Of a DNA stretch of 64,000 nucleotides, positions 1-13,698 are shown one piece after another; positions within the stretch are counted from its first letter, which is position 1; the number at the start of each line of letters is the position of its first letter. This DNA is from Saccostrea cucullata (taxonomy: Eukaryota): contig NW_026920570.1 in NCBI RefSeq assembly GCF_032062105.1, forward strand, positions 1 through 64,000, written 5' to 3'. Under the pieces are notes generated by a model that was not told where the DNA came from, did not search any database, and worked only from the letters and a program-made list of their open reading frames with translations. Position numbers and translations under genes: made by a program.

Positions 1-1743
1 TTATCCTGTCTGTTGTTTTTTCCAGGAGCACAAAACGATTTCATAACATTTTATTCCGGTTGTAAGGATGTTATTCCTAAACGTTTTTGACATAACGTTT
101 GTAAAATGCTTTAATAACGTTTAAGTTAGGTTATAAGGACGTCTTTAGAAAACGTTTCTCAAAAACATTTAAAAAATATTTTTCATAACTTTTAATTCTG
201 GTCGGAAGGAAGTTTTTTAGAAACATTTTTATAATATGTAGAATCATATTTATTATTTAAAAAGCATGATTAAAAAATATTTTCACATTCCATTGTTTGG
301 GAAAAAAACTATTTTAAAAAACCACAATATGTTATTAAGAATGTACACAATGTGTGGTGTATTAATTATGTTACGTTGGCTCAAATTTTAAAAATATCTA
401 TTGTTAATTTGAATGAAATTTATCATAAATTCTGGTTACAGATGTTAACAGAAAACATCAATATAACATTGTTTTGAAATGTTTGGAAAACATTGTTAAA
501 ACGTTATAGAAACAACAAACATCTATAATTCAAATCTTTACAGAAACATTTTCCATTTTTTTTGTTTGTTATAAATTACTTTATATCTTTTAAAGCATAT
601 TGAGGAAAAATAAAAATTTAGATAAAAAGGTTCTTTTTATTCAGTTCTTCTTTTACAATTGTTTTATTCCACATTCCTAAAATCATGGTGAAAAAAATTA
701 TAAAAAGCCTTTTCAAAATATTTTTTCTAAGATGTGATGTAGTTCAACAAAGTAAGGCAGTGCATTTATTCACTTGTGTTTTTCCTCTCCGATAATGTGT
801 TTATCAAAAGTTAACTGAGTGACACAGCGGGATGCCTTGGTCAGCGCTGATGCAGCCGTTCCTTGCTGCAAACTACCCATATTTCCACGTGATCTATATA
901 GTTCAACTTATCAAGATTTTTAAGTATCATACTCCACCAGTTCAGTTCTTTCAAATGACACCAAGGTCAGTGACCTTAATTGTGACCTTGACTGTAACCT
1001 ATATGCTAAAATAGCTTTTTTTGTACCATTTGCCATTACTTTTGTACCATAAGAGATAGAAACTTCATATTTGGTATTTATACTCCACGTATCAAGTTCT
1101 TTTGTTGACTGTGAACTATATGCTAAAATAGCCTCTTTTTCGAACTTTGTTGCCACCGGACGCAAAGTGTTTCACAAACACATCTTGTAAAGTAATGACA
1201 GAGACATGATAATTGATAATTCAAATACATCGACAACAGTTTTCAGCATTTTTTGGAACCCACTTAAACGAAATGAATATGCATTTTCAAACCTATTTGT
1301 TAAAAAATAAACGATATCATGGTGACTTGATGAAAGCGGGGAGGACAAGGAAGTGGTAAGTTGGGTTTTCGATCAGTCCTGCAAAAACTGAAAATACTAT
1401 ACATTTATTGACTGTAGACAGTTTGGTTCGAGGGTCGACAAAACGCATTTTGCCCCAAAAGATAGTCAATAAATGTTTTGATATACCTTTCATTTTGATT
1501 TTTTTAACATACATGTAGTTTTCCGTGACACAACCTCGGGTTCGTCACTTTTGAACACCAACGAATAAAATGATATTAAGCACCGCCCATTCTGTGACGT
1601 AAGCGGTCCAACATCTCATCGACCGATCCAACATCTCACTCAGCGGTCCAACATCGATTTTTTATGCCTGCTCAGCAAAATATGACTTTTTTCGTATAGA
1701 TATGTGTAGGAACAATTAAATTTTTAAAGGTATAACAATCATT

Positions 1744-1935
1744 TTTTATGCGCCCGATCGACAGATCGGGGACTTATATTTTTTTTTCCTGTCTGTCTGT
1801 TTGTCTGTTTATCTGTCTGTTGTCAACTTTAACCTTCGCCATAACTTTTGAATTGTGACCTTGACCTTTTTGCTAAAAATAGCTTTTTCGAACATTTCCA
1901 CCGGGCGCATAGTGTTTCATAAACACATTTTTTTA
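1744..1935 (+). mobile_element. Short non-autonomous Helentron/HINE-like remnant
   Basis: TTTTATGCGCCC start, (CTGT)n microsatellite, TGACCTTGACC motif and a terminal GGGCGCATAGTGTTTCATAAACAC similar to the ends at ~1160-1185 and ~8285-8315. Confidence 0.5.
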
Positions 1936-2345
1936 AAACTTATTTTCGAACCGTAAAAAAGATACAATGATTACAATTACTGTCTCACAACATTTTACAG
2001 TGGCGGATCCAGGAATTTCGTAAGGGGGGAGGGCCCAGTAGACGGCAGAGGGTCAGGTGGCTGTACTGAAGCCCACAGTGGGTCTAAGGCAAGGTCCTTT
2101 TTGGGGGTTGGGGGCCTGGAAGCTGAAAAGTTCTTACAAATAAGAGATGTTAATAAAAATAATAATTTTGATAATTATTTGCGAGATTTTTCTGGCCAAG
2201 CCCAGATCTATTTGTTTATTTGGGCCCCCAAAACACGTTGCCATCCTTATGTTTTTTTAGTTAAGGGTGGGAAGTATTTTTTTCCGGAATTTTTTTTTTT
2301 GATTGGCGATAAAAACTTCAGACTCCTGTGCTGATATAATAACGT

Positions 2346-4088
2346 TCAATAGAATAACAAACCTGTAAGATAGTCTTGTCGATCTATATATCTGAATACA
2401 CACAGCTTGTTGCTTTTGACGGATCCCACCCAAAGAAGGTGATTGATATCATCATAACTCAGGCTACATGGTTTTCCTATCCCTTGTTTTTCTGTCAGAA
2501 GAATAGACAAAAAATGGCCGTCCTTGTCAATAACCTGTACTGTATTTGTATCGAAATCACAGACCACAATGTTTGACAGCGCATCTGTACAGATTCCACG
2601 AGGATTTATAAGTACACTTGAGCGAAAGTAGTTATAGTTGGGTGGTAACGAGGGGGGAGGCGGAAATGGTGGTCCTGAGTACATGAAGCGGTATTTTCCT
2701 TCACGGTCCGTAACCACCAACACACCAAAACGTGTTCCAGTCAGATAAATAGAAACAACAACATCTCCATTACGGTTTTCAGTAATCATCAATGGAGGAT
2801 CATCGTATAGTTCTGCCCCTGTGACATCATTAAACTGGAGGGTCTGAACCTCCTCTCCTCTGCTTTTGTACCTTTTCACCTTGTTCTCTGTAAAATATAC
2901 TATTACTTCTGGATCATCGTAATGCTCTTTCCCCATTCCAACAAGAATATCTCCAGTAGAAGGAGAGCAATAGACACAATACACTTTCAAAAGTTTTTCG
3001 GTTTCAATTAATGTTGTCTTTGTTTTGTTGTCTGTAGATAGTTTTGATATGTTACTATCTCTGTCTATATAGACAAGTTCTCCAGCATTTGCCACTGTAT
3101 GCACTCCAACAGAGGAAGAGTCGTGTTCACATATGTGAAGAATGTTACCTGATGTATCTATCAGGAAACTATTGTCATCATCGCTTACCCAAACCCGGTC
3201 TGGCGTCACATGGGATATGTGATTAATAGAACTAGTACCTAAAACTGTGACATCTTTTTGTAAAACAGCTTTAGGCAACAGTTTAAACAGCTGTTTATTG
3301 TGCACCACTCTAGGTCCAATCTCCGTAATTTGAACTTCTTTAAAAAAGTCGATCACATTCAGTTTGCTGAGTCCAGTAACCGCGGACAGCTGAATTGTGC
3401 TCCACATAGCCTCTGCTTTGGGTAATGGTTTTTCTTTAAAAAACATGAGAAACTGCACGGCTTTGTTTGCTAATCGTTTAGATCGGTGTTCATACTTCTC
3501 CATGCATATTATGTTTTTCTTTAGTTGTTGTAGTTTTGAGTTCATTGCAAGTTTTAATCTTTCAATTTCACCATTTATAACCAAGTCAATCAAAGCCTTA
3601 AGATCGAGGGCTTTACATTTCATTTTTGATTGAAGGTTAGAGATTTTTGAATCTTTATGACAAGTGTTCATTTTGAGATCATTATTTATCCCTGCCAGGA
3701 TAGCACGATTACGAAAAAGTATCTCACTTCTAATATGAGTAATCCTTTTACTGTACATTTGTCTGCAAGTTTTATACGCTGATTGAAGATCCAATTCCTC
3801 GAGTTCAAGGTGATTTTCATTACATTTGACACAGATTTGAGTTTTACATGCTTGAAACCACTTGTTTAAGCTCCTGTGTCTTACACAACAATCTGATATT
3901 AAAAAATCCCCATACTTTGAACGAAACATCATCACATCATGATTTTTGGAGTCAAGATATAATACATGTTTCTTTTTACAAGAAATACACAAATCTTGTT
4001 TGCATATTTTACAATAAAATTCTACATTTTTTTCTTTGCATTGAGAACATTGCCGTATTTTTACCACTGTCGTGAAAGTTGAATTCAT
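2346..4088 (-). CDS. RING-less TRIM-like protein: two B-boxes, coiled coil and NHL-like beta-propeller (bivalve expanded family), single coding exon
   Basis: 580-aa open ORF; B-box CSQC..FYCKICKQDLCISCKKKH..H; degenerate second B-box; C-terminal NHL-type motifs (ITENRNGDVVVS, PRGICTDALSNIVVCD, VQVIDKDGHFL). Confidence 0.85.
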   Translation of the reverse strand: MNSTFTTVVKIRQCSQCKEKNVEFYCKICKQDLCISCKKKHVLYLDSKNHDVMMFRSKYGDFLISDCCVRHRSLNKWFQACKTQICVKCNENHLELEELDLQSAYKTCRQMYSKRITHIRSEILFRNRAILAGINNDLKMNTCHKDSKISNLQSKMKCKALDLKALIDLVINGEIERLKLAMNSKLQQLKKNIICMEKYEHRSKRLANKAVQFLMFFKEKPLPKAEAMWSTIQLSAVTGLSKLNVIDFFKEVQITEIGPRVVHNKQLFKLLPKAVLQKDVTVLGTSSINHISHVTPDRVWVSDDDNSFLIDTSGNILHICEHDSSSVGVHTVANAGELVYIDRDSNISKLSTDNKTKTTLIETEKLLKVYCVYCSPSTGDILVGMGKEHYDDPEVIVYFTENKVKRYKSRGEEVQTLQFNDVTGAELYDDPPLMITENRNGDVVVSIYLTGTRFGVLVVTDREGKYRFMYSGPPFPPPPSLPPNYNYFRSSVLINPRGICTDALSNIVVCDFDTNTVQVIDKDGHFLSILLTEKQGIGKPCSLSYDDINHLLWVGSVKSNKLCVFRYIDRQDYLTGLLFY

Positions 4089-4203
4089 GATGATAAAGCT
4101 AAGTTACTGTGCTTCTTCTCTTTAGGGTTTCTAATTTTTATGGAACTATCTATAATGAGAAAAAACATTTCTAGAGTTAAAAATTCTTACAAGGAATGAT
4201 TAA

Positions 4204-4480
4204 GGTAATGAATCTGAAGATAACGAACAGTAATCAAACTCAAAAGTCCTTTGGAACAATGCATATTAGGAGCAGGACACACACAGACCAGTTGGAATGA
4301 GATACCTCGGAGAAAAAGGCATCCCCTGTCACCCGTTAACACCGACCATGAGCTCCTTGTAGTGATCGGAAAAATTCCGTTGATAATCAATACAATAGCC
4401 TAACAATTTGTATGAAAAGCACCAGGCAACATTAAAATTAACGACAGACTAAACATGTATGAACTAACAAGTTGTTGTAT
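4204..4480 (-). repeat. Penelope-like element 3'/terminal-repeat fragment
   Basis: GAAGATAACGAACAG...GCATCCCCTGTC motif, also seen at ~12720-12870, ~17400-17520 and ~61370-61470; reverse-complementary to the sequence after the RT remnant at 57065-57135. Confidence 0.5.
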
Positions 4481-4959
4481 CGGACAATTTTTATTGTCCG
4501 CGTCGTTGGTCATTTTTAGTGCTTTATATAAATTTCCACCCGTGACCTTGTACATGTATCTACTTTGCAGATCCGACACTTAGGATATACAATGTATAGT
4601 GTTTTTAGGTTTTTAGTGCTTTATATATACTCTTAAAAAACGCATAGTCACTGTGGAATTTTACTATCACATTAAGCATAAAGATTATTTAGTAAAATGA
4701 TGTATTGATAATAGAGAAATGTGGTTAACAATAGGTCTCCTATCTAAATGTTTTAATTACTCAAGAATTTTAAAATCATAGACAGTTCAAGGCCATTAAT
4801 GATCAATATCTAGTATGCCCCCACAGACACAAATGATAGCATAAAACGGCATCTAATGGAAGCAGATGTGTGTAATAGATGCTGTATAGGTATACTCTCC
4901 TCCTCCAAATGTAGAGGTTTGGTCAGTTGTTGTAGAGTCTGGGGATGCAATTGTCTTTG

Positions 4960-5080
4960 GAAAAACCATGTCAATCCGTTTTGTCTAATGCTTGCTCAAT
5001 TGGGTTTAAATCTGGCTTTTTAGATGACCATGGCAGAGGTTGTTGTTGGTTTGCAAGAATGTGATTGTCAAATGAGCCGT
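4960..5080 (-). pseudogene. Tc1/mariner transposase remnant
   Basis: LPWSSKKPDLNPIEQALD matches the Tc1 WPxxSPDLNPIExxW motif; surrounding frame degraded. Confidence 0.65.
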
Positions 5081-5700
5081 ATGCTGCAATATTGGAAAGG
5101 CATTTGCAGGTAGAATATATCCTTGGAGTACTTTTTCTTTTAAGGAAGCTATAAACACTGCACACTAAAGAGCTCTATTTATTGGATAGTTTTATGCAGT
5201 TAGAGTGATCTCTCCTTAGATGTAAAATTGAAGAAATTGTTATTTACCGTTTATTACATAATATAGTAGATTAATATATCTTTAGCATTATATAAGACCA
5301 AGAGTAAGAAATTTAATTAATTATTTTCATTAATTTTTCCAACGTCAGTAAACAACAGTGATTTCTGCTCACAATAATCCACTGTCTTTGAACATTTTTC
5401 CTGCGCAAATAAGGCACGTATCCTTTGTTCTAAATGAATGAAAAAGTCTCAATATCCATATCTTTATATGATATATTTTTCTCTGAGTCCAAAAAACAGT
5501 TTCTGTTGTTTAGAGCTTCCTTTAAATCCTTTGAATATGAACCAGACCAGTTTTACTTTTATGTAATACAGTTTTCCATATTACACTACAACCACCACAT
5601 CTTTCAACTTCCTGGAGGAAGTTTTCTGTAAAACGTTCATTACGAAGCTTAAATATGTACTCTTAGACTTACAATAGGCTTTGCAATAAATAGGGCAATC

Positions 5701-6033
5701 AATTCTCAGTCAAGCTTGGAAATTCAGTAAGGCATGGTATTCTCGGCCCTTAGCGTAATTAGCGTCTGTAAAATGGCGAATAGATTCGCATTGGTTAAGA
5801 AATTAATACATCAGGAACATTAAAAGTTGTTGACAACAATGAGACGACTTAAGCTGAATCTCTTTGCCGGAAGAGGCAATGTTAATGGTTATTCAATACA
5901 CTAGTTGACATTTGCCCCAATTTCTATCCCATGTATATTTCAACAGTGAATAAAAGCTGTGTAAATTTCAGATGCTAATTATGTAACGTCGAGAATGCCA
6001 CGCCTTACTGAAAGTCCAATCTTACCTAAGAAT
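5701..6033. mobile_element. MITE-like element with ~45-bp imperfect TIRs
   Basis: ATTCTCAGTCAAGCTTGGAAATTCAGTAAGGCATGGTATTCTCG versus CGAGAATGCCACGCCTTACTGAAAGTCCAATCTTACCTAAGAAT (reverse-complementary). Confidence 0.55.
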
Positions 6034-6651
6034 TGTACTATTCTGGACGAGTAGCTTAACAAAAATGTATCGGTGTTGATGGAACCACGGTGTTGTGGGA
6101 TCAGAACAGTGGCAATAATTCTAGCATTCCATGGTCAATTGCAAACAATTGCAAAATTGTTAGATGTTCTGTGCAGTTCAGGTTTTTTGCAAACATTGGA
6201 TGTTCCTGGTTAATGATATATGATTTTATTGGTTAAATATGCTGATGTGCATAACATTAAAACCTCCTGCAGTTGTAAACTGTGGTACACCTGCTTCCAA
6301 TCGCACATTTTCCCTTTTGCGATATGCAACATTAAGATACAGCATTTTTAAAATAGGTCAATTTTTAGATAAAACCAGAATCTACAATGAGATCGCCAGT
6401 TTTTGATATTCCTTTTGTTTACGAAAGAATTGCATCAAAAACTAACAAATGAAAATTAAGAAAAACTTTATTTTAGCATTTGGCAAAATCAGGACTTTTT
6501 ATCTATGAGATTTGTGGAATAGCTTTACAGTTAACAATTGTGTTAAAAGATAATGCATCTTACTCAAATCAATCATATCGGATTATCCATCTAAAAACTT
6601 TTTTCAGGGAATTGTTCCTACTATGCGTTTCTGTTCTTGAAGAGTATATAT

Positions 6652-6806
6652 TATACAACTATTGCTGTTTTTAAGGTCAATGCGGTGATTTAGAGACCTG
6701 AGGAGTACAACATTCACTGAGCTCGAAGGGCGAAGTGAATATTGTACTTCGAAGGTGGCTAAACCATTGTATTGACCTAAAACAAGACAGCAATAGCTGT
6801 TTTATT
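6652..6806. repeat. Long imperfect palindrome (hairpin end of a non-autonomous DNA element)
   Basis: CTATTGCTG..AGGTCAAT..AGTACAACATTCACT / AGTGAATATTGTACT..ATTGACCT..CAGCAATAG arms around GAGCTCGAAGGGCGA. Confidence 0.55.
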
Positions 6807-7771
6807 AGATAATTAAACGATAGAAAACTCCTACAAAGCTGTTTTTGCTTTAACTGAAAGTTTTTTAAATGAGAAATTTCTACAAGAACACATTGTAACA
6901 GGAAAAATGGAATAGGAATGATTCAAAATATTGTCCTGCAATAAATCCTTATATTGACCTGGAAGGTCACATGAATCATTATATTGACCTGCAATAATTC
7001 CTTGTATTGACCTAGAAGGTCATGTGCAGTTCAAAATAACGTATTATTTTTCTACAATTGTGGATCTTAGTCAATCACAGGAAGGGAAATTATTCAATCA
7101 TGTAATAAAATATATGTATATATACATGTATATCTATCGTATCGACCCTCAAAACACATTGTAATATTGACATATCAATCGAGTTATTCTTGCACAACTT
7201 TTAAAGATCTTTCGATAACTTGTTACACATACCATATAATCCTTATTAAGCTCAGCATCTTTTAGGCAATATACTTTGTTTATTCTTGATGCCATCTTGC
7301 AAACCGCAGAGGTAGATCACAATTTGAATTCCAAATACGTTTTTGTATGAAGAGGTGAAAGAAACCTTAAAAGTCGCTATTATTTCCAAACAGCTAAAAC
7401 GAAAATCTGGTTAACCCCTGACAAGAACTGGAAGGAACCAGATTGCAGATTGCAATGTGACAAATATAATTATTGCCATGCCTATTGAAGTGTAAACTAC
7501 ACATCACATTTTAAAAAAAGCACAAAAGAATATGGCCACAGACACTAACTTTATTCAGTACATGCATTTAAATTGTTTATCCAAGCTCTGAGAAGTACTG
7601 ATTATCAATTTTCGATCAATAGCCATTTTGCATTTTTTAAATGGTTCTAGTCCGTAGTGGTTTCGAGATTATCTCTCTGGTGCACTCTTTAGTTACGGAC
7701 GGGAGTTTTGTAGCCTTGTACATGAGGGTGGGTGTTGGGATGCACTCTTACCGAATTAAAGTAAAGGCGTA

Positions 7772-8315
7772 ATTTAATGCCCCCGTAATCGAATATTTGA
7801 GGGTATAAAATTTTGCCCTGTCCGTCCGTCTGTTTGTCTGCAACAACTTTATTATTGCCCATAACCTTTGATTGGTTGGAACTATGGCTCTCATATTTCA
7901 AATGCTTATTTCTTGTGACATGACCTTTCTCCGGGTACCAACATATCTGACCTCTGATCTGCAGTCTTATCAAATTTTGCAAAAATTTACTTTAGCTTTG
8001 TCCATAACTTTTTGAACAGTTGGTGCTAGGGCTTAAATATTTAAATTTTGATTTTTTTATGACAAAGCATTTTCTTTGCTGTCTATAATTTAACCCTTTG
8101 ACGTTGAATGTTGACACACATTTAAAAACTTAAACTTAGGCCACATCTTTTTAATGGTTATTGCTTGGGCTTTCATGTTTCACAGGTACATTTCCTTTCT
8201 TTAGGTTACATAATCTTTTATCTCTTGACCCTGGAGTTTGATTTGCATTTGAGAAACTTCAACCTTTTCTAAAAGCTGACGTACGGGGGCATGAGTGTTT
8301 CACAAACACATTTTG
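7772..8315 (+). mobile_element. HINE/Helentron-like non-autonomous element
   Basis: TTTAATGCCCCCG start, GTCCGTCCGTCTG microsatellite, degenerate internal repeats and GGGGGCATGAGTGTTTCACAAACAC end. Confidence 0.55.
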
Positions 8316-8649
8316 TTTTTTCTAGCAAAAATGGGAACAAAAGTTAAAAGGATAAGGTTCTTGAAATACAAAACACATATTTGAATGCCAGATTCCATTT
8401 TGCTAAAAATCATTTGGACAATGCGGCGTGTCCAGAAATAAATACTATTATAAACACAAACAACAGATGAGATTCCTTTTTCAAGTATTTTTCACCCCAG
8501 CTGTTAACTGAAATGTTGTTGCAGTTGGCGAAGATATATCAAGCAGCAGCGAAACGCTAGAGAGTACAACCGAATTCGAAAGCCTTCGGGACTATCTGAG
8601 CAAGATGAAGACTTCTGACGAAGTCAGAATCCTGTAGTAAAAGTCGATC

Positions 8650-9400
8650 CCAAAATGGCCAAATGACGTATTTTACCACGGCTTTACCACAAGAACGGGA
8701 GGCATATCTCTACAATTCCTGGAATGAAGTCCCTAAATATGCTCTATACAACAGCAAAGAGGGACCCATTCATTATTGTTCAAGAAAACAGGCGCCGTTT
8801 GACATTCAAAGCAAATTTTGATGTAGATACTCTCTTTGTTGCAAAGGCTGTGCATGGAAATACGGTACACTTGATGGAAACAGACCCCCCGGAAGATGGT
8901 TATGATGGTGTGACCCACCGATATATTTGGAATCACGTGTGCAGCGCCTGGTGCAGATTGTGTCATAATTCTTTTTGCAGATCCTTTACGACGAGCTTAT
9001 GCAGCTGTTCACTCAGGGTGGAAGGGGTCCGTAGCAAATATACCCTCAGAAACGGTGAAGACGATGAGAGGTAAGTTCGGAGGCCAAAACAAAGATATTT
9101 TTGTTGTCATGGGACCTTCCTTTTGCAAAAACTGCTTTGACTTTGGAAAGGACGGCATCAAACAATTCGAAGACATAAACCCTCGATGTGTCTTAAACAA
9201 TAACTCAGAAAAAAAATCCTACCGTGGATCTAAAACTAGCAATCCGTACTTTGTTGGAATACGATGGAATTTTACCGGAGAATATTGATCGACACTTCGT
9301 CCAGTTTGTGTACCGTTGAACACCCAGAACTGTTGTACTCATACCGGAGGGACGGCCGACCGTTTGGAAACCAGATTGGATTTATTGGCCTGAAGTCATC
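8650..9400 (+). pseudogene. Degenerate coding remnant of unidentified repeat-borne gene
   Basis: Consecutive overlapping ORFs 8724-9074 and 9055-9288 with protein-like, higher-GC composition in an AT-rich background; no family recognised with confidence. Confidence 0.35.
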
Positions 9401-10844
9401 ATCGTAGAAATGTCAAGGTGCCCATGGGCATGCCCCTTTTAATTACAAATGAGGAGTGTATACGTATGATGTTGCATTGAGTATATATTTCAGATGGCAA
9501 AAGTATATCTTTGAAATTTAAATTAACCTGCATCATGTATATGAAAATGCACACACATTTTTTTTTGCGGGGGGGGGGGGGGGCTAGATAAATGTAACTT
9601 CGACTGTTAAGAATATGAAATGTATTAAATTAAAAAAGATGATTGTAATCCATACAACGTGATCTTGTCCTGTCTTTCTTTTTGGGGGTGGGGGGAGTGA
9701 ACTTGGTAAAAGCGCAAATATAATGCTTATCGCTAAGGGGTAAATAACGGATAATTAATGGAGCTTTTGAGTGGTGACTTTCGAGTTCTTTGGTTCCAGG
9801 GCTGCTCATTTTAGCTCCAAGTTTGCTATACTTGTTCCAACTTACTGTACGCTACGCAGAAAAGTTGAAGACGATATATACCATGATCTCAAATACCACA
9901 AACAAATGTGAATGTCGTTAGACCAAGAATTTTTATACAATCTCAAAAAAGATTATTAGAACATTGTTACCTTCGAAATGCACGATAACAATGAAATGAT
10001 ATATATAACCTTTGTTTTTCAGGCACTTAATTATATCGATCGATCATTTCTTGCTTTGCAGTGCAATGCAGTTGTCATATTTTCGCTTTACTCGTAATTT
10101 TTCAAAATCTTTTGCTTAACGATTCAGCTATCTTAAAAAAAACACATGGTGTTGACTCGTTATTTAAGCTTAGTTTATTGGATTAAAGTTATATATTAAT
10201 TTTTATTGAAAAGACACAAAACATGTATAACATCAACCAGCACAAACAGGACTGATTTACGTTCACTCAGTTCTTCAATAGTGCAACAGGATTTTAACCA
10301 AGTTGTAGCTCTGCAGACAAGCCCTCATCATTCTAGGCACTCTAAAATTAAATGAATGAAATGAATTCATAAAATAAGAAATAATACGAATTGATAAAAT
10401 GCAATTGTTTCAAATTCTACGGTGAGCTGGATCTCATTCGATTAGAGAAAATATCTGTGGGGAAAAATGTCAAAAAAGCAGAACTCTTTAGTACTTCTCC
10501 GTGTTTCGTGAAAATTCTTCGGGACTGAAAACGTTAATATTACTAGCCATATATTCACTGTTCTTGTGGTGGTTCGCTAATTGGAGCGCTCTTCCTCCAG
10601 GAACTCCCTCCTCCTGTCTCTCTGCTGAATCACATACGTCATATAAATCACCAACAAGCTTGTGAAACAGTATACATTTACATGTGTTTTAGTCAAGCCG
10701 TTGTCTCATGGTAATGGAAAGACCCCGAAAACTGTTGCCCCAGTCCGAAGGCCAAAGGGATCAGTTTCCGTGCAAGTTCTTCCCCATTATCGAGGGACAA
10801 CGGTTTGACTGTTTCTAGATATGACTTAGTACTTCAGAGATTCT

Positions 10845-12579
10845 ACAGACAAACCTGTGAGATAGCCTTGTCGATCTATATATCTGAATACAAACAGCTT
10901 GTTGCAATTAGACGATCCCACTCAAAGAAGGTGATTGATATCATCATAGCTCAGGCTACATGGTTTTTCTATCCCTTGTTCTCCTGAAAGAAGAATAGAC
11001 AGAAATTGACCGTCTTTGTCAATAATCTGCACTGTATTTGTTTCAAAAACACAGACTACAATGTTTGAGAGCGCATCTGTACAAATTCCACGTGGATTTA
11101 TATCTACACTTGATCTAAAGTAGAAATAGTTTGGTGGTAATGATGGGGGAGACACAGAAGGTGGTCCTGAGTACATAAAGCGATATTTTCCAGCATGGTC
11201 CGTCACCACCAACACACCAAAAACTGTTCCAGTCACATAAACAGAGACAATAACATCTCCATTACGATTTTCAGTAATCCTGAAAGGAGGATCACCGTAG
11301 AGTTCTGCCCCTGTGACATCATTGAACTGGAGGGTTTGGACCTCTTCTACCCTGCTGTTGTACCTTTTCACCTTGTTTTCTGTACGGTATACGATTTCAA
11401 ATGGATCATAATTCTTTTTCCCCATTCCAACAAGAAGATCTCCAGTGGAAGGGGAACAATAGACACAAAACACTTCCCATGGTTCTTCTGTTTCAATTAA
11501 TGTCTTTGTTTTGTTGTCTGTTGATATTTTCGTTATGTTATTATTTCTGTCTATATAGACAAGTTCTCCAGCATTTGTCACTGTATGCACTCCAACAGAG
11601 GAAGAATCGTGTTCACATCTGTGAAGAATGTTACCTAATGTATATGTCAGGAAACTATTGTCACTGTCGCTAACCCAAACCCGGTCTGGCGTCACATGAG
11701 ATATGTGATAAATAGAACCAATACCTGAAACTGTGACATTTTTGTTTTAAATAACTTCAGGCAACAGTTTAAACAGCTGTTTATTGTGCGCATCTCTAAG
11801 TCCAGTCTGCGTGATTTGGATTTCTCCAAAAAATTCAGTCAAATTGAGTTTGCTGATTCCAGTAGGCAAGGATAGCTTAATGGTGCTCCACATACACGCT
11901 GTTTTGAGTAATGGATTTTCTTTTGTGAATACGAGAAACTGCACGTACGGCTTTGTTTGCTAAATGTTTAGATTGGTGTTCATACTTCTCCATGCATATT
12001 ATGTTTCTCTCTAGTTGTTGTAGTTTTGAGTTCATTGCAAATTTTAGTCTTTCAGTTTCACCCTTTATTACTAAGTCAATCAAAGTCTTAAGATCGAAAG
12101 ATTTAGAGTTCATTTTTGATTTTAGAAGTGATATTTTTATTTGACAATTCTTCATTTTGACATCATTATTCATCCCTGCCAAAATAGCACGATTACGAAA
12201 AAGTATATCACTTCTAATGGGAATAATCCTTTCACTGTACATTTGTCTGTAAGTTTTATAAGCTAATTGAAGATCCACATTCTCGTGTCCATGGTGGTTT
12301 TTATTACAATTGACACAGATTGGCGATTTACACGTCTGACACCACTGATTTGAGTCACTATATGGGTGACTTACACAATAATGTGGCACTAAAAAATCTC
12401 CATACTTTGAACGAAACATCATCACATCATGGTTTTTTAGAGTCAAGGTATAATGCGTGTTTCTCCTTACAAGAAATACAGAAATCTTGTTTGCACATTT
12501 TACAAAAAAACTCTACACCATTTTCTTTGCATTGAGAACATTGCCTTATTTTGACCACTGTCGTGAAAGTTAGATCCAT
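10845..12579 (-). pseudogene. Disrupted paralog of the TRIM-like B-box/NHL gene at 2346-4088
   Basis: Colinear high similarity to 2346-4088 (e.g. TPDRVWVSD, PRGICTDALSNIVVC) but broken into ORFs 11877-12446, 11747-11944 and 10922-11695 by frameshifts and stops (TGA replaces W after DINHLL). Confidence 0.85.
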
Positions 12580-12719
12580 AATGATAAAACTAAAATATTG
12601 CTCTTCTTTTCTTTAGGTTTTTATTTTTCTTTTCTCTAGGTTTCTATCTTTTATGGAGCTGCTATCTAAAATAAAAATCATTTTTAGAGTCAAGATACAT
12701 TTTGTTCTTCTTACAAGGA

Positions 12720-13260
12720 AAGCAAGAATGAAATCTGAAGACAACGAACAGAAATCATGCTCAAATTTCCAATGGAACAATACATACTGGGAGCAGACCA
12801 AATGAGATCAGTTGCAACGGAGGAATTAACATTCCTTGTCAACCGTTCATATCCGCCATGAGCTACACGTACTTGTAAAAAAGGGGAAAAAAATCTGTGG
12901 ACAATTCAGTATTAAAACAAGGGCCTAACAATTTGTAAGAACAACGCCAGCCAAAATTCAACATAACGACGGATTGTTTTTACTATGACGATTATTGCAA
13001 GATCAAAGAATTTATTAGATGATGGCTTTAAACGGGACTACCACTCTCCATGTACTCATCAACCTTTTTTGCAATAGATTGCCTCGTACGTAGAACGTGT
13101 GGACCATTTTCAATCAACTGAGGGACAAAAACTCTATTTTGTTTTAATTTTTAAGAGGTTTCTCGTAATCTGAAGTTGACACCCTTTTGTTGCCTTGCCG
13201 ATTCCTCGTTTTAAAGGCAATCACAGCACATCATATGACTTTGTGGCACCTCTTATACTT
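12720..13260 (-). repeat. Penelope-like element 3' fragment
   Basis: Contains reverse complement of the RT C-terminal CGTTTAAAG-CATC segment seen at ~52080 plus the terminal-repeat motif. Confidence 0.4.
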
Positions 13261-13698
13261 AAAATGTAGTTTGGAAAAAAGTAACCCTTCATTTTTTGTA
13301 AAATTATCCCAATTGAAGCCTAATTTCCTACATATTGAAAATTGATTTTGGGTTTCTTGTCCTGGTAAGATGCTAAATGCTAAAAATTAAATTTTCTTTT
13401 TTGGGGACATCATTTTTAATGGCAGAAGATAATTTTTTTTTTATAATTTATATTGACAGAGCCTCTGGTAATCGGCACTTTAATGTGTTTTGAGGGTTCA
13501 GTCATGATTGAAGTTGCATGAGATATGCATCGTCTTTCTAAAAACTCTAAGTAATCAACATCACAGTCATTCACAGTGATGTTCTTGATGTAATTTTCTC
13601 TTGTTACCTCCCTGCACATTTTAAAAAGTACCGGTTTATCAAAAAAGTCATTCATAACTTTTATAAGATCTTTTATAAGTATAAATCAAGTAGATGAC

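Noticed and set aside
1-700. AT-rich region with recurring AAACGTT/AAACATT words
   Set aside because: Probably a decayed transposon subterminal region; no boundaries can be defined
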